A stretch of DNA of 64,000 nt from Trypanosoma brucei (Eukaryota). The position numbers and the translations under genes are program-made. The stretch is taken from contig CM000207.1 of the NCBI GenBank assembly GCA_000002445.1, positions 1,344,001 through 1,408,000 on the forward strand, written 5' to 3'. Below are positions 10,053-22,100 of this stretch, one piece after another. Below the pieces are notes generated by a model. That model saw nothing but the letters and a program-made list of their open reading frames with translations. It had not been told where the DNA came from and ran no database searches. Position 1 is the stretch's first letter. Each line of letters starts with the position of its first letter.

Positions 10053-11105
10053 TTAAAGCTTGCTCCTCTCCCTTTGGACTCCACCACGATCATTGTACTT
10101 TTGTTTGAAAGACATACACAGCTCCACTTCACGCCTGCTACCCATAAAAACGGGAGCACGCTGGTGAATTTCCTTCGGAACGACATCAAGCAACCGCCCG
10201 TCGCCCGTCAACGCCAAGCCACCTGCTTGTTCAATAAGGAACGCCATGGGTGCAGCCTCATACATGAGCCGTAACTTCCCTCCTGGTTTCTTCTTATCCC
10301 CCGGGTAGCAGAAGATCCCGCCATATAACAGGGTCCGGTGGATGTCCGCAACCATAGAACCAATATAGCGAGCGGTGTACGCCTTTTCTCCTTCGTTTTT
10401 GATATGATGCAAATATTGCTTGAACCACGCGTCCCAGTGACGGAGGTTACCTTCGTTCACACTGTAAATGGGTCGTGATTGTGGAAGTGTGATGTTTGGA
10501 TGGGTGTGGATGAACTCACCAACAGTCGTGTCAAGCGTAAAGCCGTTTACACCACTGCCAGTGGTAATAACAAGGTTGGTAGCGGTACCGTACATGGCAT
10601 AACCTGAGGAAACGAGGTATCTTCCTGAGAGGCGCGGGAGCACCTTAAGAGCGTCTTTTGTAGTTCGCACTTTCGTTCCCTTCGGTAGGCACCAGATGCC
10701 CCACACTGAGCCAATAGATATGTTTGCGTCGATATTACTGCTGCCGTCCAGAGGGTCAAAGAATACAACGTAGTCGCCCTGCTGTCCGGAACTGACTACC
10801 ACAATTGACTCGTCCTCCTCACTCCCCATGAAAGACACGCTGGCAGAGGACATCAGGTAAGCCTTGAAGGCGTTATTTGCAACCACGTCTAACTTCGCCT
10901 GCTCGTCACCCGTGGCGTTGGCCCGTCCATCATTAAGATGACCAAAGAGACCTTGCGCACCTGCGCTGCGGATGTTCATCTCAATCACTTTTACGGACGT
11001 TTGAATCGCCATCATGAGTAATGTGAACGCCCCACGGCTGCCCTTTGGTTGGTTATGCATTAAGAACTGCATCAACGTGGAGGGGACGCGGCTGTAGTCA
11101 GGCAT
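10053..11105 (-). CDS. FBPase: Fructose-1,6-bisphosphatase, predicted glycosomal (C-terminal PTS1 -SKL)
   Basis: FBPase family hallmarks (DPLDGSSNID, GKLRLMYEAAPMAFLIEQAGG). The protein ends ...RERSKL. The ORF-track start at 11252 includes a junk leader (RIRIRIRFFFFF). The conserved start MPDYSRV... corresponds to ATG at 11103-11105. Confidence 0.9.
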   Translation of the reverse strand: MPDYSRVPSTLMQFLMHNQPKGSRGAFTLLMMAIQTSVKVIEMNIRSAGAQGLFGHLNDGRANATGDEQAKLDVVANNAFKAYLMSSASVSFMGSEEDESIVVVSSGQQGDYVVFFDPLDGSSNIDANISIGSVWGIWCLPKGTKVRTTKDALKVLPRLSGRYLVSSGYAMYGTATNLVITTGSGVNGFTLDTTVGEFIHTHPNITLPQSRPIYSVNEGNLRHWDAWFKQYLHHIKNEGEKAYTARYIGSMVADIHRTLLYGGIFCYPGDKKKPGGKLRLMYEAAPMAFLIEQAGGLALTGDGRLLDVVPKEIHQRAPVFMGSRREVELCMSFKQKYNDRGGVQRERSKL

Positions 11106-11420
11106 TGCAAATCTGGGAAGAGTGGTGTCGTTAATGAAATTGAAAAACAGTCGCAAAAAAAAAAAGAAAAAGCGTATGCGTATGCGTATGCGTAGCTTAA
11201 AAATTACATCCATTTGTTTTCGCGCCAACGCATACGGGTTCGTGGTGACCAAAACAAGAAGTCGTTGAAGATACGGTTTTCAAGGAAAGAAAGAGATGGG
11301 AGGAAAAGAAAAAAGTTAGTACACAAACACATGCACGCGAACGCACAAAAGGAGCGGCAAGGGCAGATACACAAACGCACAGATGAAAAGGAAGAGAACG
11401 AAAAATAAGATCGAGTGATG
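11106..11420 (-). promoter_or_regulatory. Polypyrimidine tract / trans-splice acceptor region upstream of FBPase (minus strand)
   Basis: The plus strand is A/G-rich here (aaaaaaaaaaagaaaaag..., ggaaagaaagagatgggaggaaaagaaaaaag), so the transcribed strand is pyrimidine-rich immediately 5' of the FBPase ATG. This is the kinetoplastid SL trans-splicing signal. Confidence 0.4.
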
Positions 11421-11570
11421 GGAAGGACTGCTATCGAAGCAGCGAACAGGGGAAGGAGGTATCGAGAAGTGGAGGGATTAATAATAACAACGAAAATATT
11501 CGTACAGCTGCTTACAAACATAAACCCAACACCTCCTTCGAGGCTTCGGGTTCCCCTTTACTTTTTTGTT

Positions 11571-11630
11571 TTAATATATATATAAATATATATAAAGTAA
11601 TACATATGCATATATATATATATATATATG
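11571..11630. repeat. (TA)n-rich microsatellite
   Basis: atatatatataaatatatataaagtaatacatatgcatatatatatatatatat. Confidence 0.85.
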
Positions 11631-12556
11631 CACAACGCTGCCGGCATCTTTCAGGGGTTGGAAGGTAGAAGGAGGGAAGGGACAAAGAAAAACAGTAAGA
11701 ACAATCCCCCTTTCAAAAAAAAAAACACAAATAAAAGAAAGAAAGAAAGGAGGGTGAAGAAAAAAAAATTACAACAAAGTGCGCGAACGAACCAAGTGTC
11801 ACATTTCACCCTCGTTCATCAGTTACAGCCCCTCCTCCTTCTCCTTCTTCACATAACATCTTGCCACTCTCGTGCGCCCGCAACTTTTCAGTGGTCCACA
11901 GAATAAACGGCAAATCAGAACAAGAAGAAAAATAAATGAGAAGAAAAAAAAAAAGTAGGAATGCAGAAAGTACGACAACAGGTTTTGGAAATAAGGAACA
12001 ACCCAGCGGCCAGCGACAGTGAGTCACTCAAGTATTCGTAAGGGCCCACTCACCACGCAAACGAAACCCACAAGCCTCGTGCAGATTTACCACAAGCAAA
12101 CACCCCTCACTTTTCTCCCAAAAGGGCACCGCCGCTTATATCTCCCTGCACTTCACTGAACATCCTCTTGCGGATAATCATATTTATTACTTCTCTCACA
12201 TTCTGCTTTTTTTTTTTTTTTAAGCTTCCTTTCTCTTATCCTTCCTCTTTTTTCCCCCTTCTGTTTTTATTAGTGTTGATGACAAGAGCAACAATGATGT
12301 GGCGTGTCCGCATGATGCCCTTCTCCCTTCTCCCTGACACTCAACTCTCGGGTCAAAGGGGCGGAAATTGAGCCCCATTATTTCCCTATTTCATGGTATG
12401 AAATTACCCGACTGAACCGTCCCCACATTCCACCCATCCTCTGAAAGTTGGGTCGGAGGAAAGGAGGGATCACAACAAAAAACACAACAAAAATAAAGAA
12501 ATCAAAAGAGTGTCTGGAAGAGCGATTAAGAAGAGAAGTGCTTGTTCCTGACATAC

Positions 12557-12576
12557 GCACACACACACACACACAC
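12557..12576. repeat. (AC)n microsatellite
   Basis: cgcacacacacacacacacacgg. Confidence 0.85.
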
Positions 12577-13663
12577 GGTAAGTACATTTTGTTTTTTTTT
12601 CCTCTCGCTTTGCATTTCCCTACCCATCTATAAACATAAAAATAATAAATATGAACTCTTACCCTGTCATTCTTGAATTCACACACGCTTCGCCTCCTTT
12701 TCCTCATCCCTTCCTTCCTTTTACCTATAGCCCCTACACGATAGTCCTTCTCATACCACTGTTGCGTCTCTCATATTCTTTGTGTTATGAACCACGTACC
12801 GCTCTCATTTCATATATATTGTTGATTCACTCCATTTGTCTGTTTATTTATTTGTCTGTTTTTCTTTTTTTTTCTTTTGTCTTTTCCTTCTTACTTTGCT
12901 CAAACACATTCCGCACACTACAACATGTTGCCGTGTACTGACAGTTTTGCCTTGGTTCCCGAAATGTTCTCCCACAGTTTGCTTGTTTTCGTTTTTGCTT
13001 TCTTTCTTTTCTTTTATATGAAATTTCTCCACTGCTCGCCTTTCCCCTCTCCCCACACACAGACACACAGACACACACATTGAGTTTCACCTCCTTTTCT
13101 TCTCTCTTTTTTTTTTCTCTCTGATTCCTTCTCTTTTCATTGTTTCACCGGCACGCGGAGGGTCGCAACGCAGCCAGGAGGGAGAAAAGCCAAAGCAAAT
13201 GAAGCCAAAGTATGAAAAGAAGGAAGAGAGGGAGGGAGAGAAGAAATGAGAAGTGGGTGAAGGGAAACAACAAAACAAAAACAAAAGATGGAAAGAGAGC
13301 TCGAATGGAGTAACGCGCGGATCCGGACATGAGAAGAGCTTTGAGTGACAAAAGGGTAGAAAGAGAGAAGGGAAAAGAGAAAAAATGAAGAACCGAAAGA
13401 AAAAAAAAATAAAACAAAGAGAAAGCAGTACGGTACTAGATTTCACACTTATGTGATATTCGTTTTGGCTTCTCTCATTTTCTTTTTTTTCTTTTTTACC
13501 TTTAATTATTTTTTACTTATTATAATAATTATTTTTTGTGTGATTCGTCCCAACGCGCTTCTCCATCCCCGCACCTCTTCCCTCCCTTCTACACACACCC
13601 CACCTCTCTCCCTCTTTCTCTCGTCTCAACACATCGCAACTCCGTTAGATACATGTATTCCTC

Positions 13664-13745
13664 CATACCATACATATATATATATATATATACGTATATA
13701 TGTAAATAAATATATATATATATATATATTATTATTATTATTATT
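13664..13745. repeat. (TA)n / (ATT)n compound microsatellite
   Basis: tatatatatatatatatatacgtatatatg...atatatatatatatatattattattattatt. Confidence 0.85.
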
Positions 13746-14368
13746 TTTATGTATGTTGATTCGCTTACTTGTCTTTCTCCTTTTTCTGACAGTCTTTTTT
13801 TTCATTTTGATTTCTACCTATTCTTATTTGGCGTTCTTCTTTGTTGTTGTTGTTGTTTTTTTTTTCAACGATTCATATCGCATCGCGTTACATTAATAGT
13901 TCTTCTCCTATATATATATATATATATATTCGTCTCTCCTTTTTCCGAGTCGCTTCCTTTGATTATAAGAGTAAATCTACCGCTCTTTCATATATCTCAC
14001 AGCATCTTTTTTACTTCATCTCTCCTGACTCACTTTTAACCATATTTTTTTTATTTTTTTTTCGCACTTATTTTTTTGTTTTCTCACATTTTTAAATTTG
14101 GGATTCTTCTCTCACTTAATCTTATATAAGTCTTCATTAATTCATTACTCTGTTCCGTCCTCCTTTTCTCCCTCGATAGACTTTGTTTTCTGTTGGTCTC
14201 TATTTCTCCCGTCCCCTTGTATCACATTTCATTTTCTTCTCTCTGCCTTCACTTCTCGTTCTTCCCTTACTGTTTTACCCTCCATCAGATTCTTTTATAT
14301 TCGTACACTCGCTCACTTCCGTCTACTTCCGCTTTACACCAGTCTCGCTCGTACGTACATTGGTAAGT

Positions 14369-15352
14369 TTAACTCCACTGCTGTGTAATGCCAGGATACA
14401 CGTTTCCTTGCATTTGCTGTTGTTGGGGCGGCGGCGGCGGCTGTTGCTGCGGCTGCTGCTGCTGCTGCTGCTGTGGGGGCTGAGGCGGTTGTGGCTGCGG
14501 GGGCTGTGGCACGCCGTCCTCGTTCACCACTAACGATATGGCGGGGTTGCTCGTCTTGATGTTATCCATCCGCGAGAACTGAATATCAAGAGTAAAGGTC
14601 ACCGTCTCACCGATGGTCACCGGTTGGCCTTGCAGGATGTTCTTTACGTTCTCCGCAGTCGCCTTACTGTCAAACTGCACCAACGCCTGCACGCGGTTGT
14701 GGTTACGCTGGCTGGACTCGTTCTTGGGTAGGACGACAATTTTCTGCACGGCACCATAGTTGCAGAAGATCTGATAAACAATCATGGGGGTGATAGACGT
14801 GGCAGCAGAGACATCGTATTGGGTATTGAACATAGACACCAGCAGCGTTTTGCTTGTGTGCTGCGTGGCGGTGAGCTCCTGGTGATTGCTGTACCGAATG
14901 TATACACGGCGGCCGTCAATCTCAGCGTACCCGGCCTCTCGGAAAAAATCTACCAGTTGCTGAGCGCTCTTGGTGGATTCCATCTCTACGAGCGCCTGGT
15001 TCATCTGCCGAAGCATCACAATGTGCTTGATATTTCCAAAATTCTGCACAAGGTTTTGTATGCTCAACTGAGTCACGTTGGGCGTTATATTACGCATATG
15101 AATGACACGGCTCACCTCCCCTATTTCGTTATTGCGAGTCCGCGGCGGGCGTTGCACCATCTGACGACCGATCTGTAGCTGCTGTGGTTGCTTTTGAGCG
15201 TCAAAACCACCCCTGCCTTGGCCAGGGTTACCGTAGTTCTGCATCATTCCAGGGTTCCCATGCTGGGACACCTGAGGCGGCATCATGTTCTGATAGGGCA
15301 TCATATTAGGAGCGCCGTACAGACTGTTTTGAGTAAAAGGTTGGCTGTACAT
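14369..15352 (-). CDS. DRBD3: Two-RRM PTB-like RNA-binding protein (DRBD3/PTB1-like) with C-terminal poly-Q/poly-P tail
   Basis: The RRM-like segments (VIHMRNITPNVTQLSIQNLVQNFGNIKHIVML..., VVLPKNESSQRNHNRVQALVQFDSKATAENV) resemble polypyrimidine-tract-binding proteins. The C-terminus PQPPQPQPPQPPQQQQQQQPQQQPPPPPQQQQ is encoded by a (GCN)n repeat. The position between FBPase and actin matches recalled T. brucei chr9 order. Confidence 0.6.
   Translation of the reverse strand: MYSQPFTQNSLYGAPNMMPYQNMMPPQVSQHGNPGMMQNYGNPGQGRGGFDAQKQPQQLQIGRQMVQRPPRTRNNEIGEVSRVIHMRNITPNVTQLSIQNLVQNFGNIKHIVMLRQMNQALVEMESTKSAQQLVDFFREAGYAEIDGRRVYIRYSNHQELTATQHTSKTLLVSMFNTQYDVSAATSITPMIVYQIFCNYGAVQKIVVLPKNESSQRNHNRVQALVQFDSKATAENVKNILQGQPVTIGETVTFTLDIQFSRMDNIKTSNPAISLVVNEDGVPQPPQPQPPQPPQQQQQQQPQQQPPPPPQQQQMQGNVYPGITQQWS
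14405..14500 (-). repeat. Coding trinucleotide repeat (GGC/GCT/GCG)n encoding the poly-Q/P tract of the RRM protein
   Basis: ggcggcggcggcggctgttgctgcggctgctgctgctgctgctgctg... seen directly. Confidence 0.8.
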
Positions 15353-16160
15353 TTGACCCCCTTTAAATCCTTATGAAACACAACTGCTAACCTGTTGAAA
15401 ATAATTGTAACGATGGAGAACAAGAGCAGGGTGATCAAAAGACCAACACAATGGCACAATGTTTGCAGTCAGGGAACGGGTCAGGAAGCAAAAGTTCAGC
15501 ACCCCTTTTCCCTTCACGCTGTTCGGTGCTACGGGACCTTGTGATGATATATGTGAGAAACAAGTTGCCAAACCCCGATTGCTCTGTACATCAGGGTCAA
15601 TGGTTGCCGCCTTGTCAAAGCTTAATACGACAATACCCCCATGACTGAAAGAGTTAATAAACAAGGTAAGAAAACAAATAAGAAGTGTCATATTGTCATA
15701 ATTTCTTCTGCTAATTTTTACACACTCTTTATAACCCCTTCCCTGCCCACGACTCGTGACGTTCACCTCATCCTCCAACAGGACTGCTACGGCAGTGCAA
15801 GGTCCAGGATGAATGAAAATGAGCCGAGTAACAAAAGAGAAGGAAAAAACGAGGAAACCAACAAAGTGAAAAACAAGTTGGAAGGGAGCATAGCGCTTGT
15901 TTGGCAAACCAACAACGTTCAGATGCCCCTCCTGGACGAATAAAGGGAGTGGGGAGTGAAAGGCTTCAGCAAGAGAGCTCTCTCCAGTCCCCCATATTTT
16001 CCATCAAAAATGGAAAACAACAAAATATGTGTAACAACGGTAAACACAAACGTTAGCGTCAAAGTAGTGGTCGTCGCTTAACTGTAAAAACAAGTATGTA
16101 TGGACGCACGCACGCAAGCACACGTTTTAGATGCAGTGTAGTATATTTATCTATGGTTAT

Positions 16161-19100
16161 CTATGAAAGAGCTTTTTGAAGCTCCGCCAGGCGCTTCGAC
16201 GTGTGTAGGGCCAGGGTATCAAGCCGCTCGCGCTCCCTGCGAGAGTAACGGGCATTTGCGCCGCCAGCTTTCAACATATGCCCTGAGGAAGCTGGCGCGG
16301 GACCCGTCCCAAGCCAGGGGGGTCGGTTGGTGGGAGTGATCGTTCGCTTGGCAGACGCAGTGCGGCGATTTGGTGTCTTCTTGGCCGCAGTTACTGCAGC
16401 GTACATGTTGAACCTCTCTGGAACGGGTTTGTTGGTTGGTCGCCCACTTGCGATCCCCACACGTCTCTTGGCTGGACTAACGGACTTTGATTTTGGTTTT
16501 TCTGAGGGTCGAGAGGGCGCCGAGCCGTACAACTGTGACAAGTCGGCCACTACGCTAGGGACCGTAGAACTTTTCCTCGGTTGGCACTGAAGGAGGCAAG
16601 AATCTAATGCCAGTAAGGGTGTAGCCACAGTGTGAGAAACTGCACCGGCCCTCTTGTGCTCATGCCACGTCGGCACGTCTGAAGGGTACACCTCGCGGGT
16701 CGGCACCACGGTTACGAACGAAACGGGGGACCCGGAGACGGCCAGTGGCGACGCACTGGGCGCTAGATCACTTCCTGCTTGCGCGTCGAATGTGTATTCA
16801 GCGGTCTGTTGATATTGCTTTTGTGGACTTGGCCGCGTCACCAGTGATCCCCTCTGTTGGCCCGAGCCCAACCACTCAGCCTCTGTAGTGGTTTCGTTCG
16901 TGAACCGGAACCGCGTAGGGGAAGGCGACCCCGATGTCGTTCCATTTACCTCATCAGTTATGTAGCCCTCGGCAGTTGACGAAGCATTCGTACACACACT
17001 TGGCTGCTCTCGACAGGCTGGTTGCTCGTCATTCCGCTGCGTACTTTCTATTCTCCAGAAGGATGGCGCGTTCAAGGTAATCAGCTGCTGCTCAAGAGCC
17101 GCCGTTCGGCTTCGCGCTACATCTAGCATTGCAGATCCCTCAACAGCGGACGCGTGGGCAAACTGCAGCGATGACTGCTTCTGAAGTAGAGTGCGCGACT
17201 GTTGGATAGCTCGCTCCATATCCTCAGCAGTGGTGTTTGCACGGAGCAACTCAGCGTTCATTTGATTCAGACTGGAAAAGGTAAGGTCCATAGTCTGCGT
17301 TGAAGGGATGCCACGTGACACTGGATATGTGCTGGGTGATACTGTGCCAATCGGCGCCGGAAACGATCTGGCCACAGAATCCTCATTTTCCTTTGCACCG
17401 GAGCTTGGGTCGGTTTGAATAATTGCGGGACTCTCCACCGCTCGTTTCTCTTGCGCAGAAACAGTATCGCTCTGCAGCGGCAAGGTAACCACTGGTGGTG
17501 GTGCAGGTTGCAATGGCATCGTATCATTCTCTACCTTCACGGGTTGCCCTACACACATAGCGGTGTAGCGCGGTGCTTGCACAACAGGTGCAGCAGCAGC
17601 AAGGCGCTGTGCCCGTGAATGGATGTCCAAAAGCTCCTGGTTCATTTCTAGGAGGCGATCCTTTTGCTGAATTGTATGGCGAAGAAGCTGGGCTTGCTCG
17701 ATTGCGCTCAGCCCCACCTGCGATCGTTCATCTGACGCAACCTCAGCCCTTGGGTAAGATGAGAACTCTTGAGGTTTAGACCGAACCGCTTCCATTAGAG
17801 CTTGGAAGTTGGTTGCCTGTATTTCTTCGTGTTTGACGAGCATCTCTCTCACGACATCTAAGATTTCGTTGTCGCGCTTAACTTCTGTACTTGGCATCCC
17901 CACTGGGACACACATTGCCCCGCCCGCTGTCGTAGATGGCGCTTGCCCAAGTGAGGAAGCGGGAGCTGACGGATGCATTGGTGTCGGAGCAGGAACACAT
18001 TCCGGGACCGCCATATTTGCGGTGACCGTCACAGGTACAGGGACCAATACCGCACCAGCGGAAGTTCCTAGGGCACCGGGGCCTCTCATCTTGATCTCGT
18101 CCACATAGCGGTTAAATGCAACCGCCTCTGATGGTGTGAGTATCGCCTGTTTCGAAACAGAAGTTGGCAATGGCGCCGGTGACGGAGCGACATCGCCAGT
18201 TCCCACAGGAGTAGTGCCTGCCAATCCCACCATCACCTCTTTTCCAGGTAAAGCGTTCGCTGAATCTGCAACGTTGTGAAGCGGAGGTGGCACCCCTGAA
18301 GAAGGAGCCGCCACCGTAGGGCCCTGGGTGGGTAGCTCCATGATCTGGCCGGTGGTAACTGCGCTTACTTTGGGCCCTTCAGCTGATTCAGTAGCAAAGA
18401 GAGTCGTTTCGGGGACCAACATTTCATCATCCATAATGCGCTTATCCTCGTGTTCCTGCGTGCAAGATGACACAACGCACTGTACCCGCTTTCCATTCAC
18501 TACAGAGGGTGAAGGAGACGCCGACACGGCCGTGGGTACGTGAAGAGTTAGGAGCGAAGGTGGTCTGACAAACACGTCGCTCGGCGGCACAGGCGGTGGC
18601 AACAAAGATTGTGGAGCCGCGAGGGAAGCTGAAGGTGCGCTGAACTGCGGCAGTCCGGCAAGACGTCTGGAGCTGCCAACATTGTCCAATGTTTGATCAC
18701 ACGCCGTGTTTATTTTCCCTAATGCAAATAAGGTCACATGGGGAACACGGGGTTTAGATCGAAGCGACAAGAGCTGTGGTAGCGCCCTAATCCGTGCATC
18801 TTCAAGATCCAAACGTCTTCCTGCAGTCTGTTTCGGGAAAGAGTCAGCCATACTTGATGGCAAGGGTGGCGGTTCAAGCGTACTTTCGAATTTCAGTAAT
18901 CGAATGGCCCGGCCCCCTTCGTCTGCCGAAGGATTTAATGGATACACTAATCGTTTCCGCGGTAACACTGCGTGATAAACCGAGGGTGACACGCCGCGTG
19001 ATCCACAAATATCACATGTCCTGTGTTTGGCACAGCGGTATCGCTGTCCAGAATGTCTTTTGCACCGATGATGTGAGTGACGAGTATTCAGTATGCTCCG

Positions 19101-22100
19101 TTCGTCAACGTCCACGTGCCGTGCCGACGGCTCAGTCGTCAGTGTCGTGTATGAAGTATTGCTCTCCGCTAAAGTGTTCAGGTCCTGTCTCACGGCTCTA
19201 CTGGAGGGGCGACTGCCTGCATCCACGTTAGCCGCACCATCGGCCTCCCACCACGCAACGTAATCCGGGGTAAACAACGCCGAAACCGTAGACCGCACAG
19301 GAGCGGCAGCATACAACTGTGAAGATGAAGGCTTTACTTCAACTCGCGTCTGCCGCGACAGTGAGGAAGCGGTAGATAAATCCGTTATCAAACGCTCTTC
19401 ATTCTGTAGTGTCAGTTTCTGGGGTGTTAGGGGCTCTGCACTTGCTGCTGGTAAGGCGGGCTGGGACACGGAAGCAGGCGAACGAATAGCTGCGGGGGCA
19501 TCTGACAAAGATTCCTTTGAAGGGGGCCCCTGCAGCACGGGTTCAGTTGTCTTTGACGGCATCAATGCGTGCACACGTACGGGTGGTGAGATGGTGCAAA
19601 GTTGCTGAAAGAGAGCGGCGCCAAGCTGGGGAGAAAGTTCGTCTGCAGGTTCCGAACCACTATCGCAACAACTGAAGATCCGCTTGCGGGTATGTTCAAC
19701 ACACTCCGTGTGCGCCTCCACGGTGCGTTCGAGTGGCCATACTGCATCCACCCAATCGGTATTCACTAAACGCCGACGAGACTCCAGGTCGTGACTTCCC
19801 GGCCAGTCGGGTACATCGGCACCACCACCCCTCGACCAGATAAAGTAGTCTGTCCCCTTCATGTTGCCAGAACGGGCGGTTGCCACCTCGTACCTCCCAA
19901 GTGGTTCCAGGGGTCGCTGACAATGAGGGCCCTCACCGTCAGATTGCTGTATTTTGGTCAAAGAGTCCACCACACCGTGTTGATACCGACTAAGTGATGC
20001 AACCGTTGTGCTTCTGACGCCAGACAACTCCAACATCTCCAACAAGAGGGTGGCCAGTCCACAGTTACGAGTGCAGGTTTCCACTGACTTCTTAGCCACG
20101 TCCACGCACCGCCACTGCAGTGCTTCTACAGGCAGTGACGTCCCCTTAAGACCGTTAATAATGTGTAACAATTCTTTGCAAGCATGGACGACTGAACTAG
20201 CGTCCTCAAGATCCTGCAAAAGTTCAGTAACTTTGTCCTCCGATTGGTACGAAAAACTGACGAGGCCTAATAGGCGGAAACACAGAACAAATGTGCGAGA
20301 CACAACTGATCCGCCGGAAGATACCTGCATGAAGACTGACCCTGCGTCATGTTGCGCCGCGTTGGCGGAGACCAAGCAGGCAGCGACATCCCCTACTTTG
20401 TACGGTGACCATACCTCAACGGCGGCCCACAATTTCTCGAGCTTCAACAACAGAATTCGCAATCTCTCGCGACAGGTTCCCACAGATACATCTCGGAGCG
20501 GGTCCTTTACTTCGTCGAGGAGAAGAGCAGCCATCACGCTTGCAGAGTAATTATTTTGCGCTGCTATTACACGGTCTGTCATTGCGTGCAGCACAGCAGC
20601 GATTATGAGCGCCCGCAGCTCGCCGCTGAGAACATCCCCCATACACTGCCATAGACTCGTGTTGAAATTGTCGTCGTTTACTGAGCCATTGCACAGCACC
20701 TGCATAATATGTGAAGGCGTGGTGCCTGACAGTATCCGTCTGAAAAGCTCTGCTTCTGTTAGGGACACTGAAGCTGCACAATCCGCAAGCAGAGATGTGT
20801 TGTCATTGAGTGATCCAAGCTCCACCATCTGCTGCGCCATGGGAAGCGCGAACACCTGCACGAACGTGAACATGGCGTGGTAACGTCGCGCCGAGAGCAT
20901 AGCCAGTAATGCAGCGGCGCAGGGGGGTGTTTGCTGAGTGTCGGGTGCAGAAACACAGAGAAGGTCTGCAGAAAGCGCAAGTGTATAATCGAACAGTTCC
21001 GACTCATTTGTGACTGACGGCGAGACCAACACAGCGGTGCTTGCGGTCCGGCTCGTGCAGCACCGTAGCTGACCAACCTCGTTGATGTCCACAAAAACTT
21101 CCACGTCCAAACACGAGGCGAGAAGAACGACCCCAAGCGCGTGTATAATGTGAGAAGTGTTTGCTCTCGCGGAGACAACATGCGTTCCGTCAGACATGAT
21201 AGTCACTGAAACCATTCGTCGCACACATTCCTCAGCGAGTGGAAGTGCGATGCGCTCCGCCAAATTATCCAGTACAAAGAGTACCTCATCGTCAAGCTTC
21301 CTCGCGAAACTCTTCCAGGTTAACTTCAGCTCATCGGATACGACACTCAAAAGCCTTTCCGTTGCTCGTTCCTTCTCTTCCTCCGTACCCTGGCATTGTG
21401 CATAGCAATCCAGAAGACTGATGAAAAAGTGGTCGGTATAAACCACCGTGTTGTCACGACCGCGCTTCGCCAACATCTTCTGAACAAGCAACGCAACGTT
21501 CCACAGCAACCTCCAGTCCTCCACCTCCTGGGGTGGAGCTGCGGCCAAAATCCCCTGAAACACACGCTGAACCAAAAACGCTTCACTCTGCGTGGAACCT
21601 GCGCACTGCAGCATTGGAAGCAACTTTTGAAACACTGCCTGCAGGACACCTATCTCATCTTCCTCCGCAAGTTCGTCAATGAACTGAAGGCAACGAGCAA
21701 GTGAAACAGCGCGTCGCTCAGGCCCTCCTTCACCACTGGAAAGAAAACTAAAAACGTCACGCGGTATGTCCTCACCCACGGAAAGACCCGTAACCCTCAG
21801 TCCCACGCTTAGAATGCCATTAGTGCACACGAATTCGCTGTTTGAGACCTGAAGGAGATGTGTTGCGCACGCAAATCCTTCGCTGTAGAGGGAAGTATCA
21901 CCACGCAATTTCGAAGGGAGGCAGAACGGCACTGTGTTATTGGTTCGATTATCATCTGCAAATACAGCAAAAGCACCACCAAACATTTCGGAAGCGTACA
22001 GTCGGTAATCCTGGGAAAGCAAAACAACTAAGTCAACGCTGCCACTTTCTTGCCCTGTTGGGTGTGGTAAACTTAACCACATCACGCCACGCGGAATGCC

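Noticed and set aside
15371-15907. 178-aa minus-strand ORF between the PTB-like gene and the 2359-aa gene
   Set aside because: Hydrophobic/low-complexity composition with no recognisable domain. It sits where UTR and processing signals are expected. Possible, but not supportable from sequence alone.
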